Shown here: one piece after another, positions 44,340-56,654 of the stretch
Layout of the letters: each line of letters begins with the position of its first letter
Position numbering within the stretch: position 1 is the first letter of the stretch
IMG/VR virus record: IMGVR_UViG_3300033074_001484
Location: 32,001-96,000 of that record
DNA: 64,000 nt
Source: a virus
Taxonomy: Duplodnaviria; Caudoviricetes
Reading direction: 5' to 3' (one strand)
The notes under the pieces: model-generated
Database searches by the model: none
Seen by the model: the letters and a program-made list of their open reading frames with translations, nothing else
What the model was told of the DNA's origin: nothing
Translations under genes and position numbers: made by a program

Positions 44340-44830
44340 AAAACCAACCCGCCCACTCCAATTGTGGAGTATTTTAGTATGTCCAAGAATCGGCATTTGC
44401 TCAAATTCTCTGCCTCTGTCAACGGCAAGTTTAACGACTTATTACAAAACTAAAATACATTCATCCAGACCTAAACACCTCTTGGATGGTGTTGGTAACA
44501 ACCTTTCTAAAGGGCATTAATATCCAGTTACGACTGGTGTTACCTGTCTGTAATGAATCGGGTTGGTTATTTTAAGTTAGAAAAAAATCCCATATAAAGA
44601 AGCCTTTTATATGGGCAAACTGGTACCACCCAGTTTCATGGTACTTCAGCAAGGTTCTGCCTAACAAACCTAATAATATTTTCGGCAGTTGGTTATTATT
44701 TCACCCGGCTTGTAAAGATGAATTTTACCCAATTACGAAGTCACTTTATAATACTCAAACAGCCAAAGTGACAAATCGCATTTGGTAGATGCGTTTTCTG
44801 TTTGAGGTTTAATATTTGATCAGAGTAAAA
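44340..44830 (-). ncRNA. Candidate large structured ncRNA
   Basis: ORF-free; nested long-range stems and an H-type pseudoknot; strand inferred from context. Confidence 0.55.
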
Positions 44831-45012
44831 AAACAAATTTCAAAGAACAAAACCTCTGATTAAACCACCCCGCTTCGGTCTATCCACACGGTGGTTTTTT
44901 TATTCTTAGGCACGGAAAAAAATTGCAGAACTGTCGTGTTTGCCTTTTAAATTCAGCCGGTTATACCCTGACAGTTGGGATGCGGTTAAACCCCGCTCTT
45001 TGCCACTCTGCA

Positions 45013-45276
45013 GTGAACTACCCATTTGCTAAAGACAAATGGGCTTCGGGCTTCACGGACGACTGCTGATTGCTCAGTCTAACATCATCTCCACCCGTGT
45101 AATCGCCAGTTCCTGACGATATTGTTTTTAATCCTTCTTTCAGAATGTTCTTTGCAGCATTTAAATCACGGTCTAAAACGTGTCCGTTTTTGCAAGTCCA
45201 TTCTCTTATTGAAAGATTTAAGTCTTGATTTATCCAACCACACTCACAACAGGTTTTACTTGATGGGTAAAAGCAT
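45013..45276 (-). mobile_element. Internally deleted IS605 copy (omegaRNA/right end only)
   Basis: 45013-45274 identical to 12982-13243 (262 bp). Confidence 0.9.
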
Positions 45277-45283
45277 ATAAATC

Positions 45284-45312
45284 ACTATATAAGATATCAA
45301 CGTTATTGTCAA
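45284..45312 (-). promoter_or_regulatory. sigma70-like promoter
   Basis: TTGACA-17 nt-TATAGT on the - strand. Confidence 0.55.
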
Positions 45313-45542
45313 TGGTATAGTGTCTTAATTCAAGTTTTTTTGCATATCTTTTGCTATCTGGGCATACTCATACGCCTCATCTTCAACACAGGCTTTAATA
45401 AATGCCTGTAAATCTTCATCTGTTGCATCTGTTAAAAACTGTACGACCTCATCTTTATTTTTGAATAATACGGAAGGTCTACAAAGCTCTTCATACCGTT
45501 CAATCAATTGTGATAACGTCATTTTTTTCATATATCTATTTT

Positions 45543-45617
45543 TGGTACCCTTGGAAGGACTCGAACCCTCATCTTCGGAGCCGAAATCCGGCATTCTATC
45601 CATTGAACTACAAAGGC
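45543..45617 (-). tRNA. tRNA-Arg(TCG)
   Basis: Loop TTTCGGC; CCA encoded. Confidence 0.85.
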
Positions 45618-45877
45618 AAATGATGTCCGATGAATACATTGCCGACACACTACAATATATTTACCGGACCCGCACAATACACATATTTTGTGTTACGACA
45701 TACTGTTTCCAGCATGAAGGCACAAGGAAGGGTTTCTAATCCGCTTCTGAATCTTCACGAACTCCTGTGTGCTGCCGAGCTTTTTAAAAAAACTCTCATG
45801 GTCACCCGCAACCTAAACGGTTAAGTTGGTAGGGGCCAATAACGCTAAAATGTCAAACAACTTTTATACAACTTTTG

Positions 45878-45953
45878 TGGCAGGGGCGGGACTCGAACCC
45901 GCATCATCCGGCTTATGAGACCGGCACTGGTGGCCATTCCAGACTACCCTGCT
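45878..45953 (-). tRNA. tRNA-Met(CAT), possibly initiator
   Basis: Loop CTCATAA; 1-72 mismatch. Confidence 0.8.
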
Positions 45954-45956
45954 ATG

Positions 45957-46026
45957 TACCCCCGGATGGAATCGAACCATCGTCTTACGATTAAAAGTCG
46001 AAGCTCTACCATTGAGCTACGAGGGC
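45957..46026 (-). tRNA. tRNA-Lys(TTT)
   Basis: Loop CTTTTAA. Confidence 0.88.
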
Positions 46027-47643
46027 ATATACACAAACGCCCCGATTTTTAGGCCGGGGCGTTGTTGTACATGTACAACATGTACGTTTTATAACCCCTG
46101 TTTATGATTCTGTCCACCCATAGTCACTCCTACATACAATAAGTAGTAGGAAAAAGTTCAAAAATTGGGGGAGAGAATGAAAAACCCTCCAAACACCTCT
46201 CCCCCGGCAAAAGGCTATCTTACAGGGTACAGTTCATACCCTTTTCGGTTTGCATCAATGGGGGTAAGCGTTTTTTCCAAGGTGCAAGCCCCGGTAAATC
46301 GGGCAAATTTGGCATTGATACACACCAATGTTTGCGGATTTTTTGTTCTGGCCGGTGTAAATTTGTATCCCGTGGGATTCTTAACAAGAAACAACCGGGG
46401 ACGTTTGTTTGAAGCATCCAAAGTAGCCGCAACCAACTCAATGGTTGTGCCCTTTTCCATCTCCTTCACAGTCATAAACTGCTTGGCAGCATCCCGCGAC
46501 AGTGCAGCATACCCACGTTGTGAGATGGTGAATCCGGGATTTTTATCCATTCGGCCTTGCGATTTTCCAACAATAAAGACTATTGTCAGCCCACCGGTTC
46601 CACTTTGGGTTGCTTTTGTCGTTTTTGTTGCTGTGTCCATTTTGTTTTGTTTTGTTGTTTAGGATACAAAGATATTACAAAGGTTGTAATTTGAAGCGAT
46701 GTCAAGACATATTTTTTATTATAATTTGTTAATAAGTTAATATGTTAATGTGAACGCCCTATGGTATTGGTATACATCACGTGGTGGCACGTTTCTTTTT
46801 ATAGGATGCGCTATATACACACGCACACAATCGCCTGTACAGTTAGAAGTAATATACCATATCATATCCGCATCCCTTCGTCGATTTGTAAACAACACTG
46901 AATTGCGGATATTGCGAAAATAATGCCGATGTGATACTATGTTTATCAACACATGTGAATCTCGCATGTGATCCACATACTTGACGACGTGCGTAGCCTC
47001 AGATGGTTTGTTGGTTATATACACACAATACTGCGCTATTACTGGATTCATTAATAGAAACCACATACAAAATAGGCAGCCTATGTATTTCAGCATCATT
47101 TCTTTAATTTTGAAATGCTCGCATCTTGTTAATGGCCGACGGCATTTTTACCAACACATCTTCCTCTGTTTCGCCGCTAATTACCACCCCATGAACATCC
47201 CCACAAACTCCAACATACATTCCGCTTTCTTTGTCTTGAAACAACGTTATCCGATATAGCCGACTCTGTTTCCAAGGGTACCCGGAAGTTTTGTCCAAAT
47301 AATCGTCCAGAACCTCGCCTATGGTGTCGCCCGTGGCCTCATTACCGTCACCATACTTAGTAACAAACCGGCGACGGGATGTGTCATATTTAACATTGTG
47401 AATAGGATGACTGTTCATTTCACGAATTACGTTCATCGCCCAGTACAGAGTCAAATAAGTGACAAACCACCCCACAGCGAACGAGATCGCAATCCCTATC
47501 AATGTTATTTCAGTAACCGTCATAATCTTCCAATTAAAATAGGTTAATATCACATATAGTTTAAATGTGAGTTGTTATACAAAGATACAATCATTGTCAC
47601 ATGTCTCGCTACAATGTTAACATATATTTATTTTCGTAAACTG

Positions 47644-48428
47644 TTAACGTCGACCGGAAGTGGCTATAACCGCCCCACAAACCCCTAATATAACCGCCCC
47701 CATTCCTATATTTCCCCACATGCTAAGGGTTTCACGTCGACGACACTCATCGATAGTCTTTTGTAAGCTCTGCGATAAAGCATAATACTTACTCATTTCA
47801 ACCTTTGCCGTATTTGCATCAGCTATTATTCGTAAATTTTCCTCTCGCATGAGGTCGAGATTTTGCCGAATACCCGCTACTGTTTCATCGTGTAATTTGG
47901 ATTGACCAGCTATAATAGTTGTAAGCGAATCCATTTTTGCAATGTAGGTGCGACACTCAACACCCCTCCGCGCCCACATATCAACTACACGCAATTTTTC
48001 AATCGGGATTATTGCCGTTGAATCCAGTGCATTGTATATAATATCTCGTTCTATCTGTGCATTGATTGAAATCGGCACCAGAACGAATATAATCATTATC
48101 AATGTTTTCATTGCAATTTAGATATCTGATTAATTGATTGAATTATTGAATCTTTTTCAGTCGAAGGTTTTATGGCATAAAAATCCCTAACAACCTCCGT
48201 CCTGTATTTGACAATTGTATTTACAATAGTGTCCCGCTTGACCATCAGACTATCTAACTTCAGGTCAATTAATGTAAATTGACTGTCCAAAGATTCTGTT
48301 ATCTTTAATGGAAGTGAATCGACAATTGGCGGCTGAATATATTCACGTTTCAATTCAAGGTAGAACATAAATCCTACCATAAGCAAGGTGATTATAAGCA
48401 CTGCAAATATGGGAAAATTATTTTTCAT
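47644..48428 (-). other. Two membrane-anchored coiled-coil proteins (possible spanin-like pair)
   Basis: 48108-48428 has an N-terminal TM; 47644-48111 has a signal peptide, coiled coil and C-terminal TM. Confidence 0.4.
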
Positions 48429-48843
48429 CCGTTGTCTCTGAATTTTTAGTATTTTGTAAATATGAAGAAATCAGTTTTTGTAGATCGGCAACTTGATCAT
48501 TCATCTGGTTAGCTTTAAACCGTTTAATGGATGCGTTTAAAGCTAATATTGTGAATATAAACAACACAAGTCTGCCGGAACGAGTCGTAAGTACTGCCCA
48601 GTCTGAAAATAGTAACGACCATTCCATAAATGATACGCCAATGAAGAAAATTAGCATAGCCGCAATAAAATGTTTCAAGTCCATGTTTTAATATTTTTAC
48701 GTGAATAATGTTTTTTACTCTTGTGTATAATTGTACGCCGCTTTGCGCCATGTTCACCAGTCACGATAGCATGTTCGACAAAATTTCTTGTTTTTATTTT
48801 CTTTACCTTTTTCATTTTAAATAAGTAGATCGCGAACCGTCAT

Positions 48844-49878
48844 TCATAACATACTTGTTATTGCTGTCGATAACCGTTTTGCAGTCTGAGATCGATTTGA
48901 CTCATCGTAATATAAACATAACAGTTCCGTAGGGTATGTAACTTGATCTGACATATCCAATACTGTTAATATTTTTTCTTCCAAATTGTCAAGCGTATAA
49001 AATACACATGATTTATTATTTAATACATTGGGTTTAGTATCAATTTTATTATACTCATCCGGTTTAAATAGCACACATCCCATTATTGCCGATTCAATAT
49101 CGCGGGGGGCAAGTTCCCCATATCCAAAAGGTGCAAATAGAATGCGTGACCGGCTCATCAATTCATAATATTCGTTGACATTATATTTTGCACCGGGCGG
49201 TTTTTCTACCACAGTTAACGCATGTTTACGTTGTATATTACGTATCGCATCTACAAGTTGTAAACGATATTGGCTATAATACTGCCCGTGATTTATTCCA
49301 AATTCAAGGTTCATCACATTTTCATATGAAAACACAATATTAATGTCAATATTTTTTGTAGGTTGTGTAATTGGCTGATGGTGATGCATTGTAGTAGATA
49401 ACCAATTCGTCCCCGACAATTTTATTGATTTGATGATGTAATCAACATCCGGGACCGCATACCCATCATTCTTTGAAACTCCCCAATAAAATCTACCACT
49501 CACAAGTTGTTGTTTATACAACTCTGTTTCTTTCAGTAATCCATTTTTAATCGTCCCCATATAATTGAGATCATCTCCAACCATGCGAATTATATCAGCA
49601 ATACCTTTCAATGAAGTTGAGTCCTGACCATCCCATATAATGTATGGTCTGCCGAGTAATTTTAAATATTTAACCCCAAGTTCCACTGCTGATGATAATA
49701 TCAAATCCTTGTTTAACAAAGATGCCTGTGACACAACATAAATGTCAGCAGTTCTATCAAAAACAGACGTTAATTTAACTTCACCTAATGCAGCAAGTTC
49801 TTCCGCACAATTGATCAACGGTCGGAAAGTAGTTTCACTCCTGTGTTTGAAGTGTTCGAGCAATGCTAATTTTATCAT
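48844..49878 (-). CDS. GT-B-type glycosyltransferase-like protein
   Basis: EYYELMSRSRILFAPFGYGE...RDIESAIMGCV. Confidence 0.65.
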   Translation of the reverse strand: MIKLALLEHFKHRSETTFRPLINCAEELAALGEVKLTSVFDRTADIYVVSQASLLNKDLILSSAVELGVKYLKLLGRPYIIWDGQDSTSLKGIADIIRMVGDDLNYMGTIKNGLLKETELYKQQLVSGRFYWGVSKNDGYAVPDVDYIIKSIKLSGTNWLSTTMHHHQPITQPTKNIDINIVFSYENVMNLEFGINHGQYYSQYRLQLVDAIRNIQRKHALTVVEKPPGAKYNVNEYYELMSRSRILFAPFGYGELAPRDIESAIMGCVLFKPDEYNKIDTKPNVLNNKSCVFYTLDNLEEKILTVLDMSDQVTYPTELLCLYYDESNRSQTAKRLSTAITSML

Positions 49879-50180
49879 GTTTTCAAGTTAGCATTGCAAA
49901 TATACAACAATTATGTATTGCCACATCAATTGTATAAATTTATATTACTAATATATGTTAAAGCCTCTTTGGAATGTATTTGATGTATCGTGTTTTGTCA
50001 AATACCCCCCTGACATCCCCTGCCAATTCACTATACCGCGACCGGTACAGGTAATAGTCTTCGAGGGTAAAGATTATGCCCAACTTCTCCCACATGATTC
50101 TGAATTCCGGGGCCGACCAAAACACTGATAAATAGATGAGGTCTAAGTCATCTACCATATCGACAGTTAATGTTGATGGT

Positions 50181-50600
50181 TTATGTTTTGACCTCCCCAT
50201 GTGAAATTATTCGTATAAGCACGTTTGACCATTTTCCAAGTGGATCAGACAGACCAACTAAAAAATCGACTTTGTAAACATGTCGTTTATTCATTAAATC
50301 CCGCACGGTCCATATACCATCATATATACCAGTACCAGACACTTCAATAACCGCGCCAAATCCAATCTCAGCAAACAAATCCCGCGATATAGCACACCAT
50401 CTTAACGCTAAAGGGTCATTCAGATCAATCACAGACATGTCAGCCGTAATTCCGGGATTTGAATTTGTCTGTTCCGGAACAGGTTGATAACATGTTGCAG
50501 TAACCACATATGCTTTATACTGTACGTGTGTATGTGGATTATGGGCATGTTTTATCAGGCACATGCATATCAACAGTGTTATTATCGACGCCCTTATCAT
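50181..50600 (-). CDS. 3D-domain (MltA/RlpA-like) cell-wall protein
   Basis: VTATCY.P.PEQT..NP.ITA, AISRDL, VRDLMN.R...VDF. Confidence 0.7.
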   Translation of the reverse strand: MIRASIITLLICMCLIKHAHNPHTHVQYKAYVVTATCYQPVPEQTNSNPGITADMSVIDLNDPLALRWCAISRDLFAEIGFGAVIEVSGTGIYDGIWTVRDLMNKRHVYKVDFLVGLSDPLGKWSNVLIRIISHGEVKT

Positions 50601-50975
50601 CAGCTACCCCTTTAAATTTAGAAATTCCTCTCATCATACCCTCGGTATAGATTATTTGTTCGTCTAATATTGCAAGCTCCTGTTTGACAGCGTTCAATTC
50701 CCTACGTTTTATAGCATATTGCGTAAGTAAATTGTAATAAGTTTCAGATACATCATCAATATTCATATTTGTTCATTAGATTATGTGCGGTGATTAATTT
50801 ATATCCATCGGTTTGTAATAGGCTTACCCCTAATTCATCAGCAATTTTCAAAACCTCCATATATTCCTCGTCAGTATATATCGTGGTCAGATGATACAAT
50901 ACTATAAACGTATTAAATAATGTACTCCATGTTGCCCTGTTGGATGTCTTATCTAACAACCATTTATAAATCGCA

Positions 50976-51494
50976 TCATGTGTATTTAATCTTTTCTGCA
51001 CTGTCTTTGTATGCGCCATAATTAAGAAAAAAACAATTGTGACATATTAGGTCCAAATTATCAATTTTATGGTTTGTTTTATCGCCATCTTTCCACACCA
51101 ACAACAACGGTACTTTATTGTCTGTCAATCTGGCTTCACCAAAACCACATTTCCGACATTCCTCCTTCATCACCCCCTCTCTAAGTATCTTGGCTTTTAA
51201 CTTATAATGCTTATATTCCGGATGTGCACCCACCATTAAGTCGTAAATAGATATTTTATCTTGCGCATCGGAATATTGTATGCGACGGGTCAACGCCAAC
51301 GCTTTCTGCGATTCTCTGTGTAGCTGATATAAAGTTTTACCTGTTGGCCCATCTATATACGATTGTGCATACTTCTTATAAGTTTCCATTGAAATTCTTA
51401 AAAATCGGGCAGCCTCTGAATTAGACGTTGTTTGCGACATAGCATATCTAATATCAGATTCCAATAAATTGTAACTTGTAGTTTTCCTAAGCAT
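50976..51494 (-). CDS. HTH plus HNH-like protein
   Basis: CRKCG...DGDKTNHKIDNLDLICHNC. Confidence 0.7.
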   Translation of the reverse strand: MLRKTTSYNLLESDIRYAMSQTTSNSEAARFLRISMETYKKYAQSYIDGPTGKTLYQLHRESQKALALTRRIQYSDAQDKISIYDLMVGAHPEYKHYKLKAKILREGVMKEECRKCGFGEARLTDNKVPLLLVWKDGDKTNHKIDNLDLICHNCFFLNYGAYKDSAEKIKYT

Positions 51495-52414
51495 GTTTGG
51501 ATAATAGTTTTAATTCATACAAATGCAGCCACCATGTAAGTGCGGCTATTATCATTGCATCTACCAGTATATATAGTAAAAGTATAGCTAAATTATGCAT
51601 AGTTAATATGACATGCAACCCCCCACGTAACATAACAAGATACCATTCACCGTCAGTTACAGTCATGTCAACATGTAACACCTTTGCGGTGTAATCAAAT
51701 ATGTACGGTGTCATAAACCCTGTTGTTATTACCATCCAAACTGATACCCATACTGAAAAACATAAAAAACATGATAAAAGTTTATATATGAATGGATATC
51801 GTTTAAACCGCAATCTAAATGGGGTAAATAATGTAGATTCCACCACAATTAGAGTAATGCAATATGTGCATAATGCTTTTAACAGAAACACTACCAAACT
51901 GCAAAATATATATTCAATCATTTTAAAATTGTATTATTTTTGGCGTAAGTTTTTATCCCATTTATAGCAAACCGATGTATATTCATAATTGCCAATTCAC
52001 TATCGCCGGTATATATCAGGCAGGGTGTACCGGGTTCTGCATTTTCCAATAACACATCGACTTGTACATCAGTATAATAATATGCCGATTTAAGTTCTGA
52101 CCTAAGTAAGCGTATAAAATCGGCATTTGTCATATTCTCAACACCAATGTCAAGAAACACGTCAACCTTTACGGATTTACAATCCCCACACCCCATATAT
52201 ATGTTATTTGATTTCCCGTTTTCGTTCAGCTATCAATTTACATTTTTCGTATGCTTCAATTTCCCTATAATATTCATTTAACGTGTTAAGTATTTGTATT
52301 TTATCTGTATAACTTGTTCCCGTTGGCCACGGTACATTATCAATTGGTGTTAACACAACAATGTGAAATAAATCGTCAAGAACTTCCCGATTCATTTCTC
52401 GTGGTTTATTAAAC

Positions 52415-52687
52415 TCAATCATCATGTGCTTTTGATTTAGTGTCAGTTTTTGTTAATCTAAATGGCAGTCGCCCCATTCCTTCAACAACCTTTTCTGACC
52501 CAATAAACGCCAGACTCCATATAACAGTATCTACAAGTCCCGTAAATACGTGTTCGGAAATTTCCAATCCATAGAATACGTGGCCTATAATTATAGCCGA
52601 TAATACAGATGTTAGTAACAACGCCGCAAATCTTTTGGCAGATAATTTATCGCCAATATCCGATAATATCTCGCGTATAAATGTCAC
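52415..52687 (-). CDS. Two-TM holin-like protein
   Basis: LSAKRF followed by two hydrophobic helices and a basic tail. Confidence 0.4.
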   Translation of the reverse strand: MTFIREILSDIGDKLSAKRFAALLLTSVLSAIIIGHVFYGLEISEHVFTGLVDTVIWSLAFIGSEKVVEGMGRLPFRLTKTDTKSKAHDD

Positions 52688-53465
52688 GCCATCTCCTTCA
52701 ACGCATCAACATCTGCAAATAATTGTTGACTTACCCGATGGTTATTTCCAGTGTTGGTAGACCGGTAACCAACCAACCCGTTGCTATAAATTTTGTTCAC
52801 AATACCTTTTGATCTAAAATACTCTGAATGTGTATCGGTATTTTCAACCAACATACCAAGGGATATTCCCGAATATGGTTTATTGATGTTGTCGTTTATG
52901 ATATTCTGTAATATGCGATTTATAGCCTCTTTTGGTAGTTCCTCGTCGGGGGACGGTTCATCCAAATCAGGCAAATCCCCGCCCATATCACCCCCCATAT
53001 CTGCTGTTTCATCGGATTGGGCATTGTTATTTGCCGCCTCATCATCACCGCTTAATTTTTTTTCAAATGCATCACGTGTTAATATAGTATCACCTACTTT
53101 GATATGTTCAATACTGCGGTAATCAAATGTAGCGGGACTCCCATCTACCCGATAGCCAACACCCTCAGTACTATCTTCAATATCAGACATGTCCGCTATT
53201 GACAGATACTTGCCATCGACATACACTTTCAATTTGACATCCATTGAAAGATATTGGCTTAAATAATCCGGGTCGAAATATATCATATATGGTCTCGTTT
53301 ACAATAAATATTATCTACGATGACCTTTATGTTCCTTCTTATCTGATTTTATCTCTTCTTTTGTATCAGAGGTAGTATTTACCTTCTTTTTTTTGGACTT
53401 AAATTTTTCAACTTTTTCCATACCATCTAATCGATCCAAATCAACATTGGTCAGCCAACTCATAA

Positions 53466-55898
53466 TTATCCTATTTTAATTAACAAATTTGATAGATCAT
53501 TAAATTTACTTACTTTCAATTTCAACCCCCTTACAGTGTATAATTCTTCCGGTTCTGCATCAACTATTAATTCTGAAATATGATTTAGTAAGGTCAAATC
53601 CGGGGATGTATGCATGTCAATGTATATAACAACATCAGTGTCAAACGAATCAACATTTGTGTTGAATTTTATTTTTGATGCAAGTGGCATCATAGTGTTA
53701 GGTTGTTCTCGCGCCACATATTGTTCAATATAAAATTGTGGCATGTCCGTTAACAATAAATCACAAAATGGTTCCACATATGCTATAGCGTCCATTGTCG
53801 CATTTGTTAATACAATGGTCTTATGATATCTTGGTGGTACAATGGGTTTTAGGTGTTCATCATGTTTTACCATACACCCCCATTTACGAATGAAATTTCG
53901 TGTACTTTTAATATTTTGTTGTTCCCATTCTTGACTATTTTTTCCCGGCGTTGTTAACGTTGGATTGTATCTGCTCCCACGACACGTCATGTGATAGACA
54001 TGTCCCTCCCATGTTTGAATAAATTTAGTACCGTTTAAATGGAATCTATTAAAAATATCAGAATTATGCAATGCTATGAATCCGGTACCCCCAATAAACA
54101 TGTTTGTACGTCTCACATCTAAATCATACACAAATACTTCTGATACATCGTCTGATTCCAATAATATCTCAATATCAGTATCTTTAAAATCAGTCTGTAC
54201 CGAACTGATGTTCCAAACCCCAGTCTTTCCTTTAGATTCTTGGTGCCTGACTCTGAATTTAGCTTCCGGAAAACATCGCATTAATAAAAAATATATACCA
54301 GTCGTCAATTTTTCTGACACGGAAGTACTTTTCCATGTCACATATGATAATGAATCTTTTCCATATAACATTAATGGGTCAATTGTCAACCAACACATTT
54401 CCCCATTACGAACAATTGATTTACCAAGATGTCCATCACCCAGTAAATACCCGTACAGAAAAGACTTTTGATATACCAACGGTAAATTAAAAATGAACTC
54501 AGGTACACATTTAGTATACGAACCATTTCCTAATAAATTTTTTAGCCATTGTGCAATTGAACTATTTGATGTTCGATAAGTGTGTATACCATCAGTGTTA
54601 CGATAGTTAATGAAACTGTCCCCAAACAATGCTTCTGATTTTTGTTTAATCATATTTACAACATCAAAATCCCTTTCTCTAATAAGCACATCGGTCTTAT
54701 ACGCACCCCCATCTGCACAGAAAAATCCTAAAAATTCACATATGTCATGTAGCTGCGTACTATTTCCATATTCATCAATATCATAAATAACTGGTAATTT
54801 ATGTAGTACCTCATTAATATAAACCTCACCAAAATCATTGAAATCAATAGTTGTTAATTGGTTACGTCGCACCCAACTACCATGTTTGATAGGTTCCCAT
54901 AATTCCGTCTGTGAGGTACACTCATCAGCAGTTATAGGTTCTAAATTAGATTTTATCAGTGAATGATCATTTGTAACGACCACCTCACCCCATTTGGTTT
55001 TAATTCTACGTAATCTATTTTTGGTAACTTTATGGCGAATAATTGCACGTAATTTTGACACTCCAATAGTTCCATTTTTAGATGGTGACATTACTCGGAT
55101 ATCCATATCGCGTAGATCAATGTATTCTTTACCATCGTTTCGTTTTCTAATAAACTGCTTATACTTTTCCCATAATTCAGCGATTGTTGACAGTTTAGTT
55201 ATACCATTTTCCACATAAAATACTAACGTTTCCCCCACCGTGCTGTCCTCTTTACTTTGCGGGGCAAAAAATGAATCGTGGCCCCCTATTTCTTGAAATT
55301 CAGATTTCCAGAATGCCCACGGTGCAAATATCCCCTCTGTTATTGAAGGTCTCTGATATGTAGAATTCAACTCACGATACCATTCCAAAAATTTGTCCTC
55401 TTCAAAATCTTCGGGTTCTACTCCAAAGTTTTGAATAATTTTTTCAGGACCGGGGGGATGAAGTGGCGGTTCAATTCGAGTGAGTGATACAATTGTTTTT
55501 GTAATTGGAACGTTTCGCATTTGCTGGCCGGTATTCGCATCTATGAGCGGCGTTGGATACGGAGCGTACATATGCTTTTCAATCACATCCAATGCACCGG
55601 GACACAAGAACATATCTGCATGATAAATCATACATAAATCATACTTAGCTACCTCATTGACTAATCTATCATACAAAATAGTGTGTCCAAGTCGCTGTCC
55701 AGACTCGTTAACGATATAAGAAAGATCGCTATCAAGTGTCGCCTGATTTTCCAACCACTCTCTTGTACCATCATTACTCGCATCATCTGCGACGCAAACC
55801 TGTACTGTATGGTTTCCTTGATGTTTACGAATGCTTTCATATGACCACTTCAGATATTTGAGATTATTTCTGGATGGAATGATTAATGATATTTGCAT
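53466..55898 (-). CDS. GT2 glycosyltransferase containing an intein
   Basis: ISLIIPSRN, ADDASNDGT, HADM, IGGHD, ED|SD split by the intein. Confidence 0.9.
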   Translation of the reverse strand: MQISLIIPSRNNLKYLKWSYESIRKHQGNHTVQVCVADDASNDGTREWLENQATLDSDLSYIVNESGQRLGHTILYDRLVNEVAKYDLCMIYHADMFLCPGALDVIEKHMYAPYPTPLIDANTGQQMRNVPITKTIVSLTRIEPPLHPPGPEKIIQNFGVEPEDFEEDKFLEWYRELNSTYQRPSITEGIFAPWAFWKSEFQEIGGHDSFFAPQSKEDSTVGETLVFYVENGITKLSTIAELWEKYKQFIRKRNDGKEYIDLRDMDIRVMSPSKNGTIGVSKLRAIIRHKVTKNRLRRIKTKWGEVVVTNDHSLIKSNLEPITADECTSQTELWEPIKHGSWVRRNQLTTIDFNDFGEVYINEVLHKLPVIYDIDEYGNSTQLHDICEFLGFFCADGGAYKTDVLIRERDFDVVNMIKQKSEALFGDSFINYRNTDGIHTYRTSNSSIAQWLKNLLGNGSYTKCVPEFIFNLPLVYQKSFLYGYLLGDGHLGKSIVRNGEMCWLTIDPLMLYGKDSLSYVTWKSTSVSEKLTTGIYFLLMRCFPEAKFRVRHQESKGKTGVWNISSVQTDFKDTDIEILLESDDVSEVFVYDLDVRRTNMFIGGTGFIALHNSDIFNRFHLNGTKFIQTWEGHVYHMTCRGSRYNPTLTTPGKNSQEWEQQNIKSTRNFIRKWGCMVKHDEHLKPIVPPRYHKTIVLTNATMDAIAYVEPFCDLLLTDMPQFYIEQYVAREQPNTMMPLASKIKFNTNVDSFDTDVVIYIDMHTSPDLTLLNHISELIVDAEPEELYTVRGLKLKVSKFNDLSNLLIKIG
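54063..55244 (-). mobile_element. Intein with LAGLIDADG homing endonuclease (394 aa)
   Basis: STVGET start, VTNDHSL block B, FLGFFCADG and FLYGYLLGDG, VYDLDV...HN|S. Confidence 0.92.
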
Positions 55899-55914
55899 AG
55901 TTTAAATTTTAAAT

Positions 55915-56610
55915 TTATATGTCCCCGGTATTATGCTGTTTTGCTTTTAATTGACGGTCCACCCATTTCTTACCAATTGGATTTTGTAGTGGTGATTCTA
56001 AAAATGTCCGTATTTTTCTATACACTTTTCCAAATTGATCTTGGCCGGGAGATTCATTATCAAATATGATGAAATTAGATGTCCCGGCCAAATTCTGAAA
56101 TTTTCCCAAGTTTTGTTGTACCGATTGCCACTTAGATTTAACAATATCTTCCGGTACTTTCCTGTCTCGCATATTATTTCGTTCAAGTGCAGTCTCCAAT
56201 GATGTATTTATCATTAGTATCATTACATCATATCCTATACTCTGTAAATGAGCATATTGTTTTGCAATCTTATTGTAATCAGAACCGGTACCTTGTACAA
56301 TCAACCCAAGTCTCCCGGCTTTATACATCATTTCAAATTTATCAGTCAGTGCCACCCCTTTATCACGCTCTTGCGAATAATCGCCCATTGTACTTAAATC
56401 AATTGTACTTGATGGGTCTATCATGCGAGTCTTACGTAATATATACATAAATTGTCGGTCTGAATCAATTTCTTTCAAACCGAAACCATTCAATATTTTA
56501 CCTTGCACATATGACTTTCCGGAACCGGGACCACCTGCTAATATTATGGCTTTATTATTGTATTTATCATAAACCCCTTCATAAAGTATATTAATAAGAT
56601 TTTTCATCAA
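55915..56610 (-). CDS. P-loop kinase (zeta/AAA_33-like)
   Basis: ILAGGPGSGKS; ALERNNMRDRKVP. Confidence 0.8.
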   Translation of the reverse strand: MMKNLINILYEGVYDKYNNKAIILAGGPGSGKSYVQGKILNGFGLKEIDSDRQFMYILRKTRMIDPSSTIDLSTMGDYSQERDKGVALTDKFEMMYKAGRLGLIVQGTGSDYNKIAKQYAHLQSIGYDVMILMINTSLETALERNNMRDRKVPEDIVKSKWQSVQQNLGKFQNLAGTSNFIIFDNESPGQDQFGKVYRKIRTFLESPLQNPIGKKWVDRQLKAKQHNTGDI

Positions 56611-56654
56611 TTCTCCATAAAAATTCCAAAAACATCCCCCATATACAATAAATA

